The position numbers and the translations under genes were made by a program. A DNA stretch of 55,628 nt, taken from the IMG/VR virus record IMGVR_UViG_3300049846_001678, positions 1-55,628 of that record; one strand, given 5' to 3'. Below, in pieces: positions 1 through 8,874 of the stretch. Below the pieces are notes generated by a model, which had not been told where the DNA came from, made no database searches, and saw only the letters and a list, made by a program, of their open reading frames with translations. The DNA is from a virus (taxonomy: Duplodnaviria > Caudoviricetes). The number at the start of each line of letters is the position of its first letter. The stretch's first letter is position 1.

Positions 1-66
1 GGCATACTCGCCGAGCTTCAGCAGCCTATTTCCCGTCAATACTGCGAACAGAACATAAATGCGCAT
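1..66 (-). CDS. Partial small hypothetical protein (MRIYVLFAVLTGNRLLKLGEYA...), allele of 54972-55142
   Basis: Manual translation; runs off window edge; mostly synonymous or conservative differences from the right-end copy indicate it is coding. Confidence 0.7.
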   Translation of the reverse strand, partial: MRIYVLFAVLTGNRLLKLGEYA

Positions 67-552
67 TTGTTAAAATCCTTTCTCGATGCCTTTGTTATAA
101 CCGGTTTGTATACAGTTGTCAACAAACTTTGTGTATGTTGAGTTGAAATCCATCTTTATTCTCGCATAAGCCCCAGCGCGGTTCTTTTCAATTATTATTA
201 CAACCGGCCTTATTGGAGATTCATCCGCCTCCAGACCGAATTCGCCATCTTTAGAATCGTTAGAAATGGGGTGAATCATCACCACCGTGTCGGCGTCCTG
301 TTCCAACGCTCCGGACTCCCGTAGGTCACTTAAACGCGGCTCCTTCCGTTCATCCGCTGCGCGACGAAGCTGGCAAGCGGCGACAACAGGTATGCGGAAC
401 ATCTTAGCCATATTCTTTAGTGTAGCAGAGATAGTCGCAACCTCTCGCTCTCGACGTTCTTTTTCTTGTGGTGCAGAGAGAAGTTGTAGATAGTCAATAA
501 ACACAATGGCCCGTTTGCCCTCCGGTACTTGCTTAACAAACTTAAATACACG
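1..552. repeat. Imperfect terminal direct repeat, left copy (matches 55077-55628)
   Basis: Ungapped alignment at offset 55076; 426-552 identical to 55502-55628 (127 nt); scattered substitutions in 1-425. Confidence 0.95.
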
Positions 553-1449
553 TAGCCTCAGGTCGTCGATAGTTCGTGCGGCGGTATCATCGACCTCAAG
601 GGGGGCCTTTCGAATGTCGTTTACAACGCGCCCAATCTTCGCCAACATCTCCTCGTTCGCATACCCGAGCTTGATCATCTTCGTGTCGACGTTTGCGCGC
701 CCACAAATCAAACGTAAATACAACTCGTCATACGCCATTTCTAGGGATATATAAAGGGTGTGGACGTCATTGTTTACGGCACAGTGTTCGGCGAGGTTCA
801 TCAGGAGCGCCGATTTGCCGACGGCGGGGCGAGCTGCGAACAGGTATAGACGACACGGCTCGAATCCGAACATGGCGTTATCGAGGCTCGGAAACCCGGT
901 CTCTAAACCGATTAACTTGCCGCCGCGCTCGATAGAATCACGAATCTGGCGCTCTATCTCCGATATCCCCTCTGCTGGCCGGACCGCGCGATAGTCCTTC
1001 GCCTGAAGAGCCAAGTCGACCAGCTTTTGACCGGCACTCAAAACGTGTGCCGAATCCTTACTTTCAACACCGATAAGGCTTCGCTGTGCCTCCTCGATCG
1101 TTGCCGCAGCTTTTCGGACTTTGGCTTTTTCAACAATCACCAGCGCATGGGCCACAACGATTTCAACGGACTCGGTCTCTCCCGAAAGAACCGATGCGAT
1201 CGTTGAGGAGCCCCCGGCCTCGGCGGCCTTTTCTTTGGCCTTCAAATCCTCGTAAACAGTAATGGCGCTAATTACTTTAGTTTGCGCAAACAGCTCTAAA
1301 ACAGACTGATAGATAAGCCCATGTGCAGGCGTTAAGAAGTCATCGCTTGATAATTTATCCAGTAATGGCGGGAGATACTCGGCGGGCTTACGAATAACCG
1401 CCGCGAGAACGCTCTTTTCTGCATCTTTGTTCTGCGGTAAATCAATCAT
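70..1449 (-). CDS. dnaB: Replicative DNA helicase DnaB
   Basis: N-terminal AEKSVL, Walker A AARPAVGKS, SLEM, IDYLQL, LSDLRESGALEQDAD, KNRAG. Confidence 0.97.
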   Translation of the reverse strand: MIDLPQNKDAEKSVLAAVIRKPAEYLPPLLDKLSSDDFLTPAHGLIYQSVLELFAQTKVISAITVYEDLKAKEKAAEAGGSSTIASVLSGETESVEIVVAHALVIVEKAKVRKAAATIEEAQRSLIGVESKDSAHVLSAGQKLVDLALQAKDYRAVRPAEGISEIERQIRDSIERGGKLIGLETGFPSLDNAMFGFEPCRLYLFAARPAVGKSALLMNLAEHCAVNNDVHTLYISLEMAYDELYLRLICGRANVDTKMIKLGYANEEMLAKIGRVVNDIRKAPLEVDDTAARTIDDLRLRVFKFVKQVPEGKRAIVFIDYLQLLSAPQEKERREREVATISATLKNMAKMFRIPVVAACQLRRAADERKEPRLSDLRESGALEQDADTVVMIHPISNDSKDGEFGLEADESPIRPVVIIIEKNRAGAYARIKMDFNSTYTKFVDNCIQTGYNKGIEKGF

Positions 1450-2431
1450 CGTTTATGCTCAGCAATTCACGGGTCTTATGAAACCCGTTCTTTACTAGGT
1501 ATTCGTTAAGGTCGTTGCACCCGTCTGGAATGTTTATTATCTGTATCTTTTCTCTCGCAACGCCCATATTAATCAAGTCCCGACAACCCTTGTCTACTGC
1601 CTCGCGACCCGCGTTATCGTTATGGACAACAAACTTAACAAAACTATCGCGAACCCCGTTTGCCATGAAAATACAAACCTTAGGAATGTTCGAACAGGAG
1701 TGCACGCCGTAAAGATTGTGTCCGCCCCAAGGGGCAAGAGAAAACACGCTCAGATAATCGAACACGCCTTCGACGATGATACAACCCCGAGCGGGATTAT
1801 TTTTAGCAAAGTTACCGAAAGTTCCGCAGACATTCCCGTGCGGGATTTGCCACACCTTCGGCTCCTGACCCGTATACGATCGGCCAATTGCATTAACAAT
1901 CTCACCTGTAAAGTCGTAAAGCGGCAAAAACAGGCGACCGTCCTTCTCTAATAGACACTGGGCGGTAACCTCGTCAATACCGCGACAATTGAGGTAAAAC
2001 AACGCCTCTTTAGACAGCGGCGGTAACATGTCATAATTAAACATCTCCTTCGCCAGTACTTGGGCCTTTTCACTTTCGCGCACCTTGTCCTCCTTCTTTT
2101 TCTGTCGCTTTAAAAAAGTCTCTAGTTGTTCAGAGAAAGAGGGGGCGGGAGTGTCTGCACGAAGGCCCAACTTGACCCCCAGGTCTTTTATGGCCTGGCC
2201 TGGTGAAGTTTTGTTCAGTATGGCATGGAGGGTAAAAACGTCGCCACCGGCGTTACAGCCGAAACAATGCCATACATCTTCGTTCACACTGAAACGAGAA
2301 GAGCACTCCTCGCCCCCACAAATAGGACACGGCCCGCAATAACCGCTGTGCCGCTCACGCAAGACGTGTCCCCTCTGCTCCAAATATTCGTTTGGAGTTA
2401 AGGCGTTTCTGATGGCTTCTTTGTTGTACAT
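1442..2431 (-). CDS. DNA primase (zinc-binding domain plus TOPRIM)
   Basis: CPIC...WHCFGC zinc finger, GGDVF, IVEGVFDYLS, NDNAG, DLNEYL; adjacent to helicase. Confidence 0.9.
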   Translation of the reverse strand: MYNKEAIRNALTPNEYLEQRGHVLRERHSGYCGPCPICGGEECSSRFSVNEDVWHCFGCNAGGDVFTLHAILNKTSPGQAIKDLGVKLGLRADTPAPSFSEQLETFLKRQKKKEDKVRESEKAQVLAKEMFNYDMLPPLSKEALFYLNCRGIDEVTAQCLLEKDGRLFLPLYDFTGEIVNAIGRSYTGQEPKVWQIPHGNVCGTFGNFAKNNPARGCIIVEGVFDYLSVFSLAPWGGHNLYGVHSCSNIPKVCIFMANGVRDSFVKFVVHNDNAGREAVDKGCRDLINMGVAREKIQIINIPDGCNDLNEYLVKNGFHKTRELLSINDD

Positions 2432-2577
2432 TCTTCTTTGCTTTCGTCGTTCTTCTTTTCGCCCTTTTTACCAAATATCCGATCCCAGTTGTCGGAAAAT
2501 TCCTTGTTAGAAATCTTCGACGTTTTTGGGTTCGGTCTACAGCATTCGGTAAAGGCTTTCCCCTTTTCGTATTTCAT
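2398..2577 (-). CDS. Small hypothetical protein (59 aa, NWDRIFGKK motif)
   Basis: Manual translation below ORF-track cutoff; ATGA overlap with upstream stop; GGAGG RBS; fills operon gap. Confidence 0.65.
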   Translation of the reverse strand: MKYEKGKAFTECCRPNPKTSKISNKEFSDNWDRIFGKKGEKKNDESKEECTTKKPSETP

Positions 2578-2990
2578 CGAAGCCCTCCGTCGAGGCTTAT
2601 TGGTTCTCTGTTGTCCGGTTTTTCATCAAATAGACTAGATACTCCAGGCGTCATTCCGTTTACTCGCTCGCACTCTTCTTGCAACAACGCCAGTGCGCGC
2701 CACGCAATGGCTCGCAGATGGTATAGGCGCGAGTCAGACGCGCTTTCACGCGATCCGGCGTCAATAAGGTGACGCACAATGCAATCCTCGTGGTCCGGAG
2801 ACTTCCCACGATTCCAATGCGGACCGTCTAAAGACGTTGGATTATGCTTCTTGTCCGAAATATAGCTATGTCTAGCTACCTCGAACAAAGCAGCGGGAAA
2901 ATAACCCAATAATCCACGAAACATAGGAGCCTCTTTTCGTAGAGCGTCTTCTTGCGGAATGTACTTTTCCCCGTCGACTAACAACGACAT
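2574..2990 (-). CDS. dATP/dGTP diphosphohydrolase-like protein (DUF5664-type)
   Basis: YFPAALFEVARHS...HW.R...CIVRHL...HLRAIAWRALALL pattern; GAGGAG RBS. Confidence 0.7.
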   Translation of the reverse strand: MSLLVDGEKYIPQEDALRKEAPMFRGLLGYFPAALFEVARHSYISDKKHNPTSLDGPHWNRGKSPDHEDCIVRHLIDAGSRESASDSRLYHLRAIAWRALALLQEECERVNGMTPGVSSLFDEKPDNREPISLDGGLR

Positions 2991-3360
2991 CGCAGATATC
3001 TCCTCGTTTATATGCGGCGACTAAATCGCCAACATTTAGAAAACACGGTATGTTATATTTTTTACAAAATTCAACCTCCTCCATAGTCCCCTTGCTTTTC
3101 TCCCACCCCAGGCACAAAACCATCGCCGAACAGGCTGCTAACATTGCCTTATCCGCAGCAAGAGCAACCTTATACGAAACCACGTCACGCAGAAATCGTC
3201 CTTGCGTGTGCGGACAGTGCGGAGCAAAGCCGTTCTGGTAAAGATCCAGCATGACTCGCTCCGCCCGGCGAATGTTCTCTTCCCACGCGAATGAGTCTTT
3301 GGCCGTCATCGGGCCGGCGACATAAACTCGCATAGGCGGTTTCTTAGAAACCGAGTTCAT
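2872..3360 (-). CDS. DUF4406/DUF1937-like nucleoside deoxyribosyltransferase-fold protein
   Basis: RVYVAGPMT, PHCPH, GWEKSKGTMEE motifs; start uncertain (3378, 3360 or 3333). Confidence 0.8.
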   Translation of the reverse strand: MNSVSKKPPMRVYVAGPMTAKDSFAWEENIRRAERVMLDLYQNGFAPHCPHTQGRFLRDVVSYKVALAADKAMLAACSAMVLCLGWEKSKGTMEEVEFCKKYNIPCFLNVGDLVAAYKRGDICDVVVSRRGKVHSARRRSTKRGSYVSWIIGLFSRCFVRGS

Positions 3361-3844
3361 CTTCCGCCCCCCATCCAATCTTCGTGGCTGGCGCTAATTC
3401 GCCCTTAACGGCTTCGTCGGCGGGGTTCATGGCAAATGCATCCTTTAACTTCGCCTTAAGAACTGCAATTTCATCTTCCGACAAACTCTGCTCCGATTTT
3501 TGCGTACCCTTAGACGAGATCCTGTTGATAAACTTAACTCGGTTGTAACGCTTCCCCTCGTACTCCTCTTGGTCGACGACGATCTGAACGTTGGCCGTCC
3601 CAAACCCCGGCATTTCGTCCAGCTCGTCACTTGTACCTGTAAAACCGCACGCGCGTAGAGCGGCGATGGTTCGCTCCGAGGCAGCGTCCGTTAAGTAGCC
3701 TCTCCAGGTAATCTGGCGGCCCTTGCACTCGCCCTCCTGAATTTGGAAAATGGCACGGATATAATCCGTTCCCTTCCCCTTTGTCTTTTCGAAATCATAA
3801 CTGATTGCTTTGGCGACGTATCGCCCGTCCGGTAACAACGACAT
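3344..3844 (-). CDS. DUF669-like single-stranded DNA-binding protein
   Basis: LPDGRY.AK, EEYEGKRYNRVK, acidic tail ending in F; follows Sak4-like ATPase. Confidence 0.75.
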   Translation of the reverse strand: MSLLPDGRYVAKAISYDFEKTKGKGTDYIRAIFQIQEGECKGRQITWRGYLTDAASERTIAALRACGFTGTSDELDEMPGFGTANVQIVVDQEEYEGKRYNRVKFINRISSKGTQKSEQSLSEDEIAVLKAKLKDAFAMNPADEAVKGELAPATKIGWGAEDELGF

Positions 3845-3846
3845 GT

Positions 3847-4764
3847 TTATTCTCCTTTTCCAAGTTCAAGCAACCTAGTAAGACACTTCTCTAGCACCAT
3901 TGCCGAGTTGCCCGAGGTTGCAATCGTCTCCAACACCTTCGGCTCGACCTCTGCGCGTTTATTGTCCGGCAAAGATACGAGCGCGAGTTTTATTTTTTCC
4001 TTTAGGTCTGTAACCGAGTTGTTCACAGCCTTGGTGTACAGAGTAATAAAGTCCGATGAGTTGAATGGCAGTGCCTTAGGTAGGCTGTAACGGCTTTTCG
4101 CGTCGAAGCCCCGCTCTCGCTGTGTGTGTAGCATTCGCCGACCCGTGTCGGCCACCTTCAACCGCTCGGTGTTCTTGTCCTCTGTAATAACCGTCTCGTA
4201 ATTGGCAAATGCCAGGATGTCCGACCAGAATCGGAAGAGCGGGTAGGCATGTTTGTTGAGTGTCAACTCATACTTGTCATGGTCCATACCGGCAGGGTCT
4301 TTGAAGAGTTTAATAGTGGCGTGACCGAGCAGGACGATGTGCATATTCTTCTTTTTTCGAAGCTGATTCAATGACTCGATCAGCAGCTTCCACTCGTAGC
4401 TTGCTGTTACATAGCCCTTGCCATAACCGTAAGCCTCGATATTTTCCTTTTGATCTCTGTCACAGATATGTGACCAGAGAAGAACCTCGAGGGCGTCTAA
4501 GGTGTCAATTACTAACGTCTTATAGGGATGTGTTTCCTTCTCCAACACATCTAGGCATTGATAAACCGAGCTTAAATTCTCGGGCTTTGGGAAGCGAGCT
4601 ACATCGACACGGTGCGAACCCTCATCGCAGTCAATGAAGATTGGATTCTCGAGCCCGGCACCAAAGGTTGTTTTGCCGACACCTTCCGGGCCGTAAACAA
4701 TCATCTTCAACGGCTCTGTTCGAACGCCACTAGAAATCGAATTTAACGATATTACCTGTGCCAT
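3847..4764 (-). CDS. Sak4-like AAA_24 ssDNA-annealing ATPase
   Basis: YGPEGVGKTT, TLVIDTLD, GYGKGY, AKSRY. Confidence 0.88.
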   Translation of the reverse strand: MAQVISLNSISSGVRTEPLKMIVYGPEGVGKTTFGAGLENPIFIDCDEGSHRVDVARFPKPENLSSVYQCLDVLEKETHPYKTLVIDTLDALEVLLWSHICDRDQKENIEAYGYGKGYVTASYEWKLLIESLNQLRKKKNMHIVLLGHATIKLFKDPAGMDHDKYELTLNKHAYPLFRFWSDILAFANYETVITEDKNTERLKVADTGRRMLHTQRERGFDAKSRYSLPKALPFNSSDFITLYTKAVNNSVTDLKEKIKLALVSLPDNKRAEVEPKVLETIATSGNSAMVLEKCLTRLLELGKGE

Positions 4765-4774
4765 TTGACCCCCA

Positions 4775-5821
4775 CTATATTGTTTCTAACTCGGGGAAAA
4801 TCTTCCCCTTTTCTAATGTATCCAGACTGTCAATACAGCCGCCGTTGCAGACGTCAAGATATGGACAGAGCTGCCCGAATTTCCCACAACTATCCGGATT
4901 CCTAACTGCTTGCCGTGCCCCAACGGTCTTTTCAATTTCCACGCAGGTCGGGTATAGCACTTCGCCAACGAACTCGTCAAGTTGATCTTCGTTTCGTGTT
5001 GTCTTAACACGGTTAAAGAACTGCGCGCATGGTTCGTCTAGTTCCTCACTAACACGTTGAACGTATGAGGAAATGGTTTCATCGTGCAGTCTCACGTTCG
5101 CGTAAGGCATGCCATCTTTTTTATACTTGCGTTTGTCCATCGGGGTTGCCGTCTGACGATTCTTACTGGGCTTCTTTATGACATCGTAGAGAACGCCGGT
5201 AACGTTTAGTCCAAGGCTTATCGCAGCCAGCATATACATGGAAATCTGATAGTCGAAAGACAGCGTCGACCAATATTTACTGCCGAGGTCTACATCCCCT
5301 CTGGCTGTCTTGTGTTCAACGATATAAATCTGCTTACTGCGTGCGTGCATTACGATTGCGTCTATCTTTCCGGCCAGTCTCCAATGTGCGAGACTCGACG
5401 AAGAAAAAATCCCGTACGCTTCTGGGACCGGGACGCAGAATTCTTGCTCCACAGCCAGCGTCACAAGCCCATCCGATTCCCACGTCGAGGCATATCGAGA
5501 CAGAAGCATCCTCGCAATTTCTACGGTAGACTCAAGCTCGAAACCGTCGAGCCCCCACCGCTTAGCCTCTACGGGGATAATAGCGGAGGCATTTATTATA
5601 TTCCCATCAGTCTCGTTCTCTGTTTTTGTTTTAAAAAACTCCTCGAGAGCCTTATGCATCACCTTTCCGAATGTCAGTGCATGGGACTGCTCCTTCTCCA
5701 CATACCCCTGGACGTACCTGTGATAGTGGTGGCGTTCGCACCGCAAAAAGGTCTGTAAGCGTGACGCGGTAAGTACGTACCGGGGATCGACGTTTGCTCG
5801 CTTTTCGATACGTAATGCCAT
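4775..5821 (-). CDS. PD-(D/E)XK RecB/Cas4-like exonuclease
   Basis: TASRLQTFLRCER, GKIDAI, IVEHKT, Q.SMY, C-terminal C..F...CPY..VC. Confidence 0.88.
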   Translation of the reverse strand: MALRIEKRANVDPRYVLTASRLQTFLRCERHHYHRYVQGYVEKEQSHALTFGKVMHKALEEFFKTKTENETDGNIINASAIIPVEAKRWGLDGFELESTVEIARMLLSRYASTWESDGLVTLAVEQEFCVPVPEAYGIFSSSSLAHWRLAGKIDAIVMHARSKQIYIVEHKTARGDVDLGSKYWSTLSFDYQISMYMLAAISLGLNVTGVLYDVIKKPSKNRQTATPMDKRKYKKDGMPYANVRLHDETISSYVQRVSEELDEPCAQFFNRVKTTRNEDQLDEFVGEVLYPTCVEIEKTVGARQAVRNPDSCGKFGQLCPYLDVCNGGCIDSLDTLEKGKIFPELETI

Positions 5822-5823
5822 AC

Positions 5824-6024
5824 TCAGTACCCCTCGCTTGAAAAAATGTTGGTTGATATTTGCTCATTGTTTTCTCCTTGCTTCGAATTGAAGCGACTGA
5901 GATCTTCGATAGCGGCCTCGACGGCCCACATGGCCATCTCCTGCTCGGTCGAATGTTGTGGAAGTTTCTCGTACTGGTATATAGCGCGTTTAAGACTGAC
6001 TATTATGTTTCGTCGATCTCTCAT
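5824..6024 (-). CDS. Hypothetical protein
   Basis: AAGGGGAA RBS; first gene after leftward promoter. Confidence 0.65.
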   Translation of the reverse strand: MRDRRNIIVSLKRAIYQYEKLPQHSTEQEMAMWAVEAAIEDLSRFNSKQGENNEQISTNIFSSEGY

Positions 6025-6038
6025 CGTCTATGTTCCCC

Positions 6039-6074
6039 TTGATTTAAATATACACTTGTGTACAATAAAGTCAA
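6039..6074. promoter_or_regulatory. Overlapping divergent sigma70-type promoters with central inverted repeat
   Basis: + strand TTGATT-16-TACAAT (6039-6066); - strand TTGACT-16-TATATT (6074-6047); TACAC-TT-GTGTA at 6051-6062. Confidence 0.7.
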
Positions 6075-6090
6075 CAGGGGATACAAAAAA

Positions 6091-6804
6091 ATGTTTAACA
6101 AGGAAATCTATCACCGGCTTCGGTCATCGAACGTGCCACGAGGTTACTGCGAGGGGCTCGCCAAGCGCGCACATATGACATCCGATATTGTCTACGAACG
6201 ACTAACATCAAGAAAACATATCGCTCTTATTGTCGGCGACGTGCGCTGCGGTAAAACTTATCTCGCATGTAAGTACATTACGCACAATATGCCACCTAGC
6301 CACCCAACCCGTTTCGATGGCGAGTGGTATCCGTCGGAATGCCCGCGATTCGTCATGCCCATAGAACTCATGACAATGAACCTAGAAACCATCGGCGAAT
6401 TGAAAAACCCGTGCGGTCTAGTTATAGACGATCTCGATCGTGTATCAGAACATGTACAGTCGTTTATCTTCCCTTTGTGCCAATATCGTGCCATGGCTGG
6501 CACGCCAACACTAATAACAACGCGACTTTCAGTAAAAACATTCTCAATGCGGTACGGCGACAGGCTTATGGAGTTAATAGAAAAATATGGAGTCATCATC
6601 AATGCAAAAGAACACTACAGCGAGTTTCCAGAGAGTGCCTATGTGGGAGATGTGGGTGGCGGGGACGCCTGTTCCGCAGGGCAGCATGAGGGCGTTCATT
6701 GTAAACGGGAAGCCAGTGATAACTCACGGAAACCCGAAGTTGAAAGCCTGGCGAAAAGAATTGTCGGCGGAGTTTTCGAAGAAAGCCCCGTCGGTGCCCG
6801 GTGA
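6091..6804 (+). CDS. DnaC/IstB-like ATPase (helicase loader)
   Basis: NVPRGY, Walker A GDVRCGKTYLA, LVIDDL, PTLITT, YGDRL; start placed at ATG 6091 after AGGGG. Confidence 0.75.
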   Translation: MFNKEIYHRLRSSNVPRGYCEGLAKRAHMTSDIVYERLTSRKHIALIVGDVRCGKTYLACKYITHNMPPSHPTRFDGEWYPSECPRFVMPIELMTMNLETIGELKNPCGLVIDDLDRVSEHVQSFIFPLCQYRAMAGTPTLITTRLSVKTFSMRYGDRLMELIEKYGVIINAKEHYSEFPESAYVGDVGGGDACSAGQHEGVHCKREASDNSRKPEVESLAKRIVGGVFEESPVGAR

Positions 6805-7063
6805 TGGCGCGTATTCGCTGACACTATCGTTTTTTATGCTTCACCCGAAGTCTCATTTGAAGGCAAACGGAGAGGAAAAGGCATCTACTCCGTTCTTTCA
6901 CTGCGTGAAGCCAGACCTAGATAAGCTTATTCGCGCGGTTCTCGACGCACTTACAGACGCGAAAGTAATATCGGATGATGCGCATATCTGTACTATTCAT
7001 GCTTTAAAGGATTACGGCCAGAAGGAGGGTGTGTTCGTATGCTTAGACGAGCTTGCTGTCTAA
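6641..7063 (+). CDS. rusA: RusA-family Holliday junction resolvase
   Basis: GTPVPQGS, KPDLDKLIRAVLDALT, DDAHI; start placed at ATG 6641. Confidence 0.9.
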   Translation: MWEMWVAGTPVPQGSMRAFIVNGKPVITHGNPKLKAWRKELSAEFSKKAPSVPGDGAYSLTLSFFMLHPKSHLKANGEEKASTPFFHCVKPDLDKLIRAVLDALTDAKVISDDAHICTIHALKDYGQKEGVFVCLDELAV

Positions 7064-7284
7064 TTACGCTGTGTTGCACGTCGTGTGCAACTGTACCAAA
7101 ATTGGTACATTTAAATACCAAAGAGCTAAACGGGGGTAACGATAACGGCCCTGTTCGGACTACGTACCGGTGCTACCCTCTCCTACCAAACGGCCCCATC
7201 GAGGGACCGACGAAGAAATTCAGTATTGTTTGGGTTTGCGACTTAGAATCGATTACAGTTACTAGAAATAAATGGGGGATTTAA
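7039..7284 (+). CDS. Putative small lipoprotein
   Basis: MLRR plus hydrophobic stretch plus TSC-AT lipobox-like; GGAGG upstream. Confidence 0.5.
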   Translation: MLRRACCLITLCCTSCATVPKLVHLNTKELNGGNDNGPVRTTYRCYPLLPNGPIEGPTKKFSIVWVCDLESITVTRNKWGI

Positions 7285-7514
7285 TGAATACAAAAACAGT
7301 AACGCTACCAAGGCCGCTAGTTCGTTTCCTAGCAGACGACGATGGGGATATCACTGTGTACCCTCCTGTGCATAATCACGTACCAAGTAATTATCATAAG
7401 AGGCAGCCGCCTAAGGATAATCAGGGAAGAACAAATTGTTTTTGGTGTGACATGCCTACGAAGAAACGTGGTTTCTGGAAAGAGTACGACGTGTGCCCAA
7501 TATGCGACAAATAA
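7284..7514 (+). CDS. Zinc-ribbon hypothetical protein
   Basis: CFWC...CPIC; GGGGG RBS. Confidence 0.6.
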   Translation: MNTKTVTLPRPLVRFLADDDGDITVYPPVHNHVPSNYHKRQPPKDNQGRTNCFWCDMPTKKRGFWKEYDVCPICDK

Positions 7515-7714
7515 ATGAGAAAGAAACTTGTCCAGTATGTGAGGCGAACCTACAGCCGGTCGGCGCATACAGGGAATGTAAGAAGTGTGATCGACTTTGG
7601 GGAACTCGTCCGCCACATTGTCCGCAGTGCGGCTCGATGCTTATTACGATTAAGGAACACACTTTCTGCACCGGCTGTAAAAGAATATGTGAAGGCTGCT
7701 GCGAAGGAGGATAA
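7493..7714 (+). CDS. Multi-CxxC zinc-ribbon protein
   Basis: Five CxxC pairs in 73 aa. Confidence 0.6.
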   Translation: MPNMRQINEKETCPVCEANLQPVGAYRECKKCDRLWGTRPPHCPQCGSMLITIKEHTFCTGCKRICEGCCEGG

Positions 7715-7715
7715 A

Positions 7716-8147
7716 ATGACAACAATCAAATTCCAAAAGATTCACCCCGATGCCGTCATCCCTAAGTACGAAACAGCCTGGGCTTCCGGGATGGACCTTC
7801 GTTCGACGATGCAGGTGGACCTGTGGAACTATGACGCAGTGTTGGTACCGACCGGACTTAAAGTGGCTATACCGGAGGGCTTCGAGGGCCAGATTCGTCC
7901 GCGCTCCGGATTGGCACTTAAGCATCGTGTAACTGTCTTGAACGCTCCAGGAACAATCGATGCCGACTACAGGGGCGAGGTAAAGGTATTACTGATAAAC
8001 CTAGGCCGGAATCCATTCCGAATCAACATAGGAGATCGCATTGCGCAGCTAGTAATTGCCCCTGTGGAATGCTGTGCCTGCGTTGAATGTGAAGGGTTGG
8101 ATGCTACAGGCCGGGGCGAAGGTGGGTTTGGTAGTACAGGGGTCTAG
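7716..8147 (+). CDS. dut: Trimeric dUTPase
   Basis: [38 protein letters not shown]; AGGAGG RBS before ATG 7716. Confidence 0.97.
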   Translation: MTTIKFQKIHPDAVIPKYETAWASGMDLRSTMQVDLWNYDAVLVPTGLKVAIPEGFEGQIRPRSGLALKHRVTVLNAPGTIDADYRGEVKVLLINLGRNPFRINIGDRIAQLVIAPVECCACVECEGLDATGRGEGGFGSTGV

Positions 8148-8509
8148 TATCGACCGTATCGCTCACAGCGTTCACAGACGTCGCATTCCTCGAGCTCCAA
8201 CTCATCTTCATCCTCGTCACAATCCTCATCTTCGTCTGCGTCGCCGTCTTCGCAGTCCTCGTAGCAGCTGTCGTCCTCAGAGCAGTCGTCCTCGTCACAA
8301 AACGAATCAAGCTTTGACATAAACTCCTTCTGAAAAGTAATACTGGAATTTACATCGTCCATAAGTACTTCCAACAACGCAACAGCCCCAGCGATCTCTT
8401 TATGGGCCAAATTGCCGTCTTCGTCGTAACCGATACAACCGTCAGCGCACTCAATCTTATCTCTAACAGAGTCCAGCAATGCCAGTTTTTGCTCTAATTT
8501 CATCATCAT
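8144..8509 (-). CDS. Highly acidic, Cys-interspersed hypothetical protein
   Basis: D/E-rich C-terminal half; GGGAG RBS; own promoter candidate. Confidence 0.75.
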   Translation of the reverse strand: MMMKLEQKLALLDSVRDKIECADGCIGYDEDGNLAHKEIAGAVALLEVLMDDVNSSITFQKEFMSKLDSFCDEDDCSEDDSCYEDCEDGDADEDEDCDEDEDELELEECDVCERCERYGRY

Positions 8510-8547
8510 AATCTCCCTTTGTTTGTTACTATACGAGCCGAGCTATA

Positions 8548-8576
8548 AGCCTACATGTATAACAACGAACGTGCAA
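8548..8576 (-). promoter_or_regulatory. Putative sigma70 promoter overlapped by TACATGTA palindrome
   Basis: TTGCAC-17-TAGGCT on minus strand upstream of the acidic ORF. Confidence 0.5.
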
Positions 8577-8640
8577 TATCTTACCCAAAAACGGTATTAA
8601 GTCGGTAATATGAGCAACTTATTGCACTTTCTCGTACCAC

Positions 8641-8874
8641 TTAGTCGCAATTCTGATACTTTTTCCCACCTAAAAGGATCTTCGCCATTGTCTGTCGATC
8701 AAATACAGACTGATTGTTGTCACACATTTCTTGAACGAAATAAACGCAAGCCAACGCGGCAACGCTGTGTGGAATGTGTTGCATTTCCTTGGCGATGATC
8801 TTCTCCGCCAACTTGTGTGCCCATACGTCCATATTTTCAACAATCTGTGTATTTTCGGTTAATTTCGTGTCCAT
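8641..8874 (-). CDS. Hypothetical protein
   Basis: GGGGAGG RBS; abuts upstream ORF. Confidence 0.7.
   Translation of the reverse strand: MDTKLTENTQIVENMDVWAHKLAEKIIAKEMQHIPHSVAALACVYFVQEMCDNNQSVFDRQTMAKILLGGKKYQNCD

Noticed and set aside
1-552. Diversity-generating retroelement TR/VR pair formed by the diverged end repeats
   Set aside because: Mismatches are not adenine-specific on either strand, many are synonymous, and no reverse transcriptase is encoded
2574-2990. 2-aminoadenine (Z) genome system
   Set aside because: No PurZ-like gene seen; a dNTP pyrophosphatase-like gene alone is insufficient
4775-5821. Cas4 or CRISPR adaptation module
   Set aside because: Context (Sak4, SSB) is the standard phage recombination trio; no cas1 or array
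7515-7715. N-terminal extension of dUTPase in the ORF track
   Set aside because: Overlaps a zinc-ribbon gene; AGGAGG precedes the canonical start at 7716
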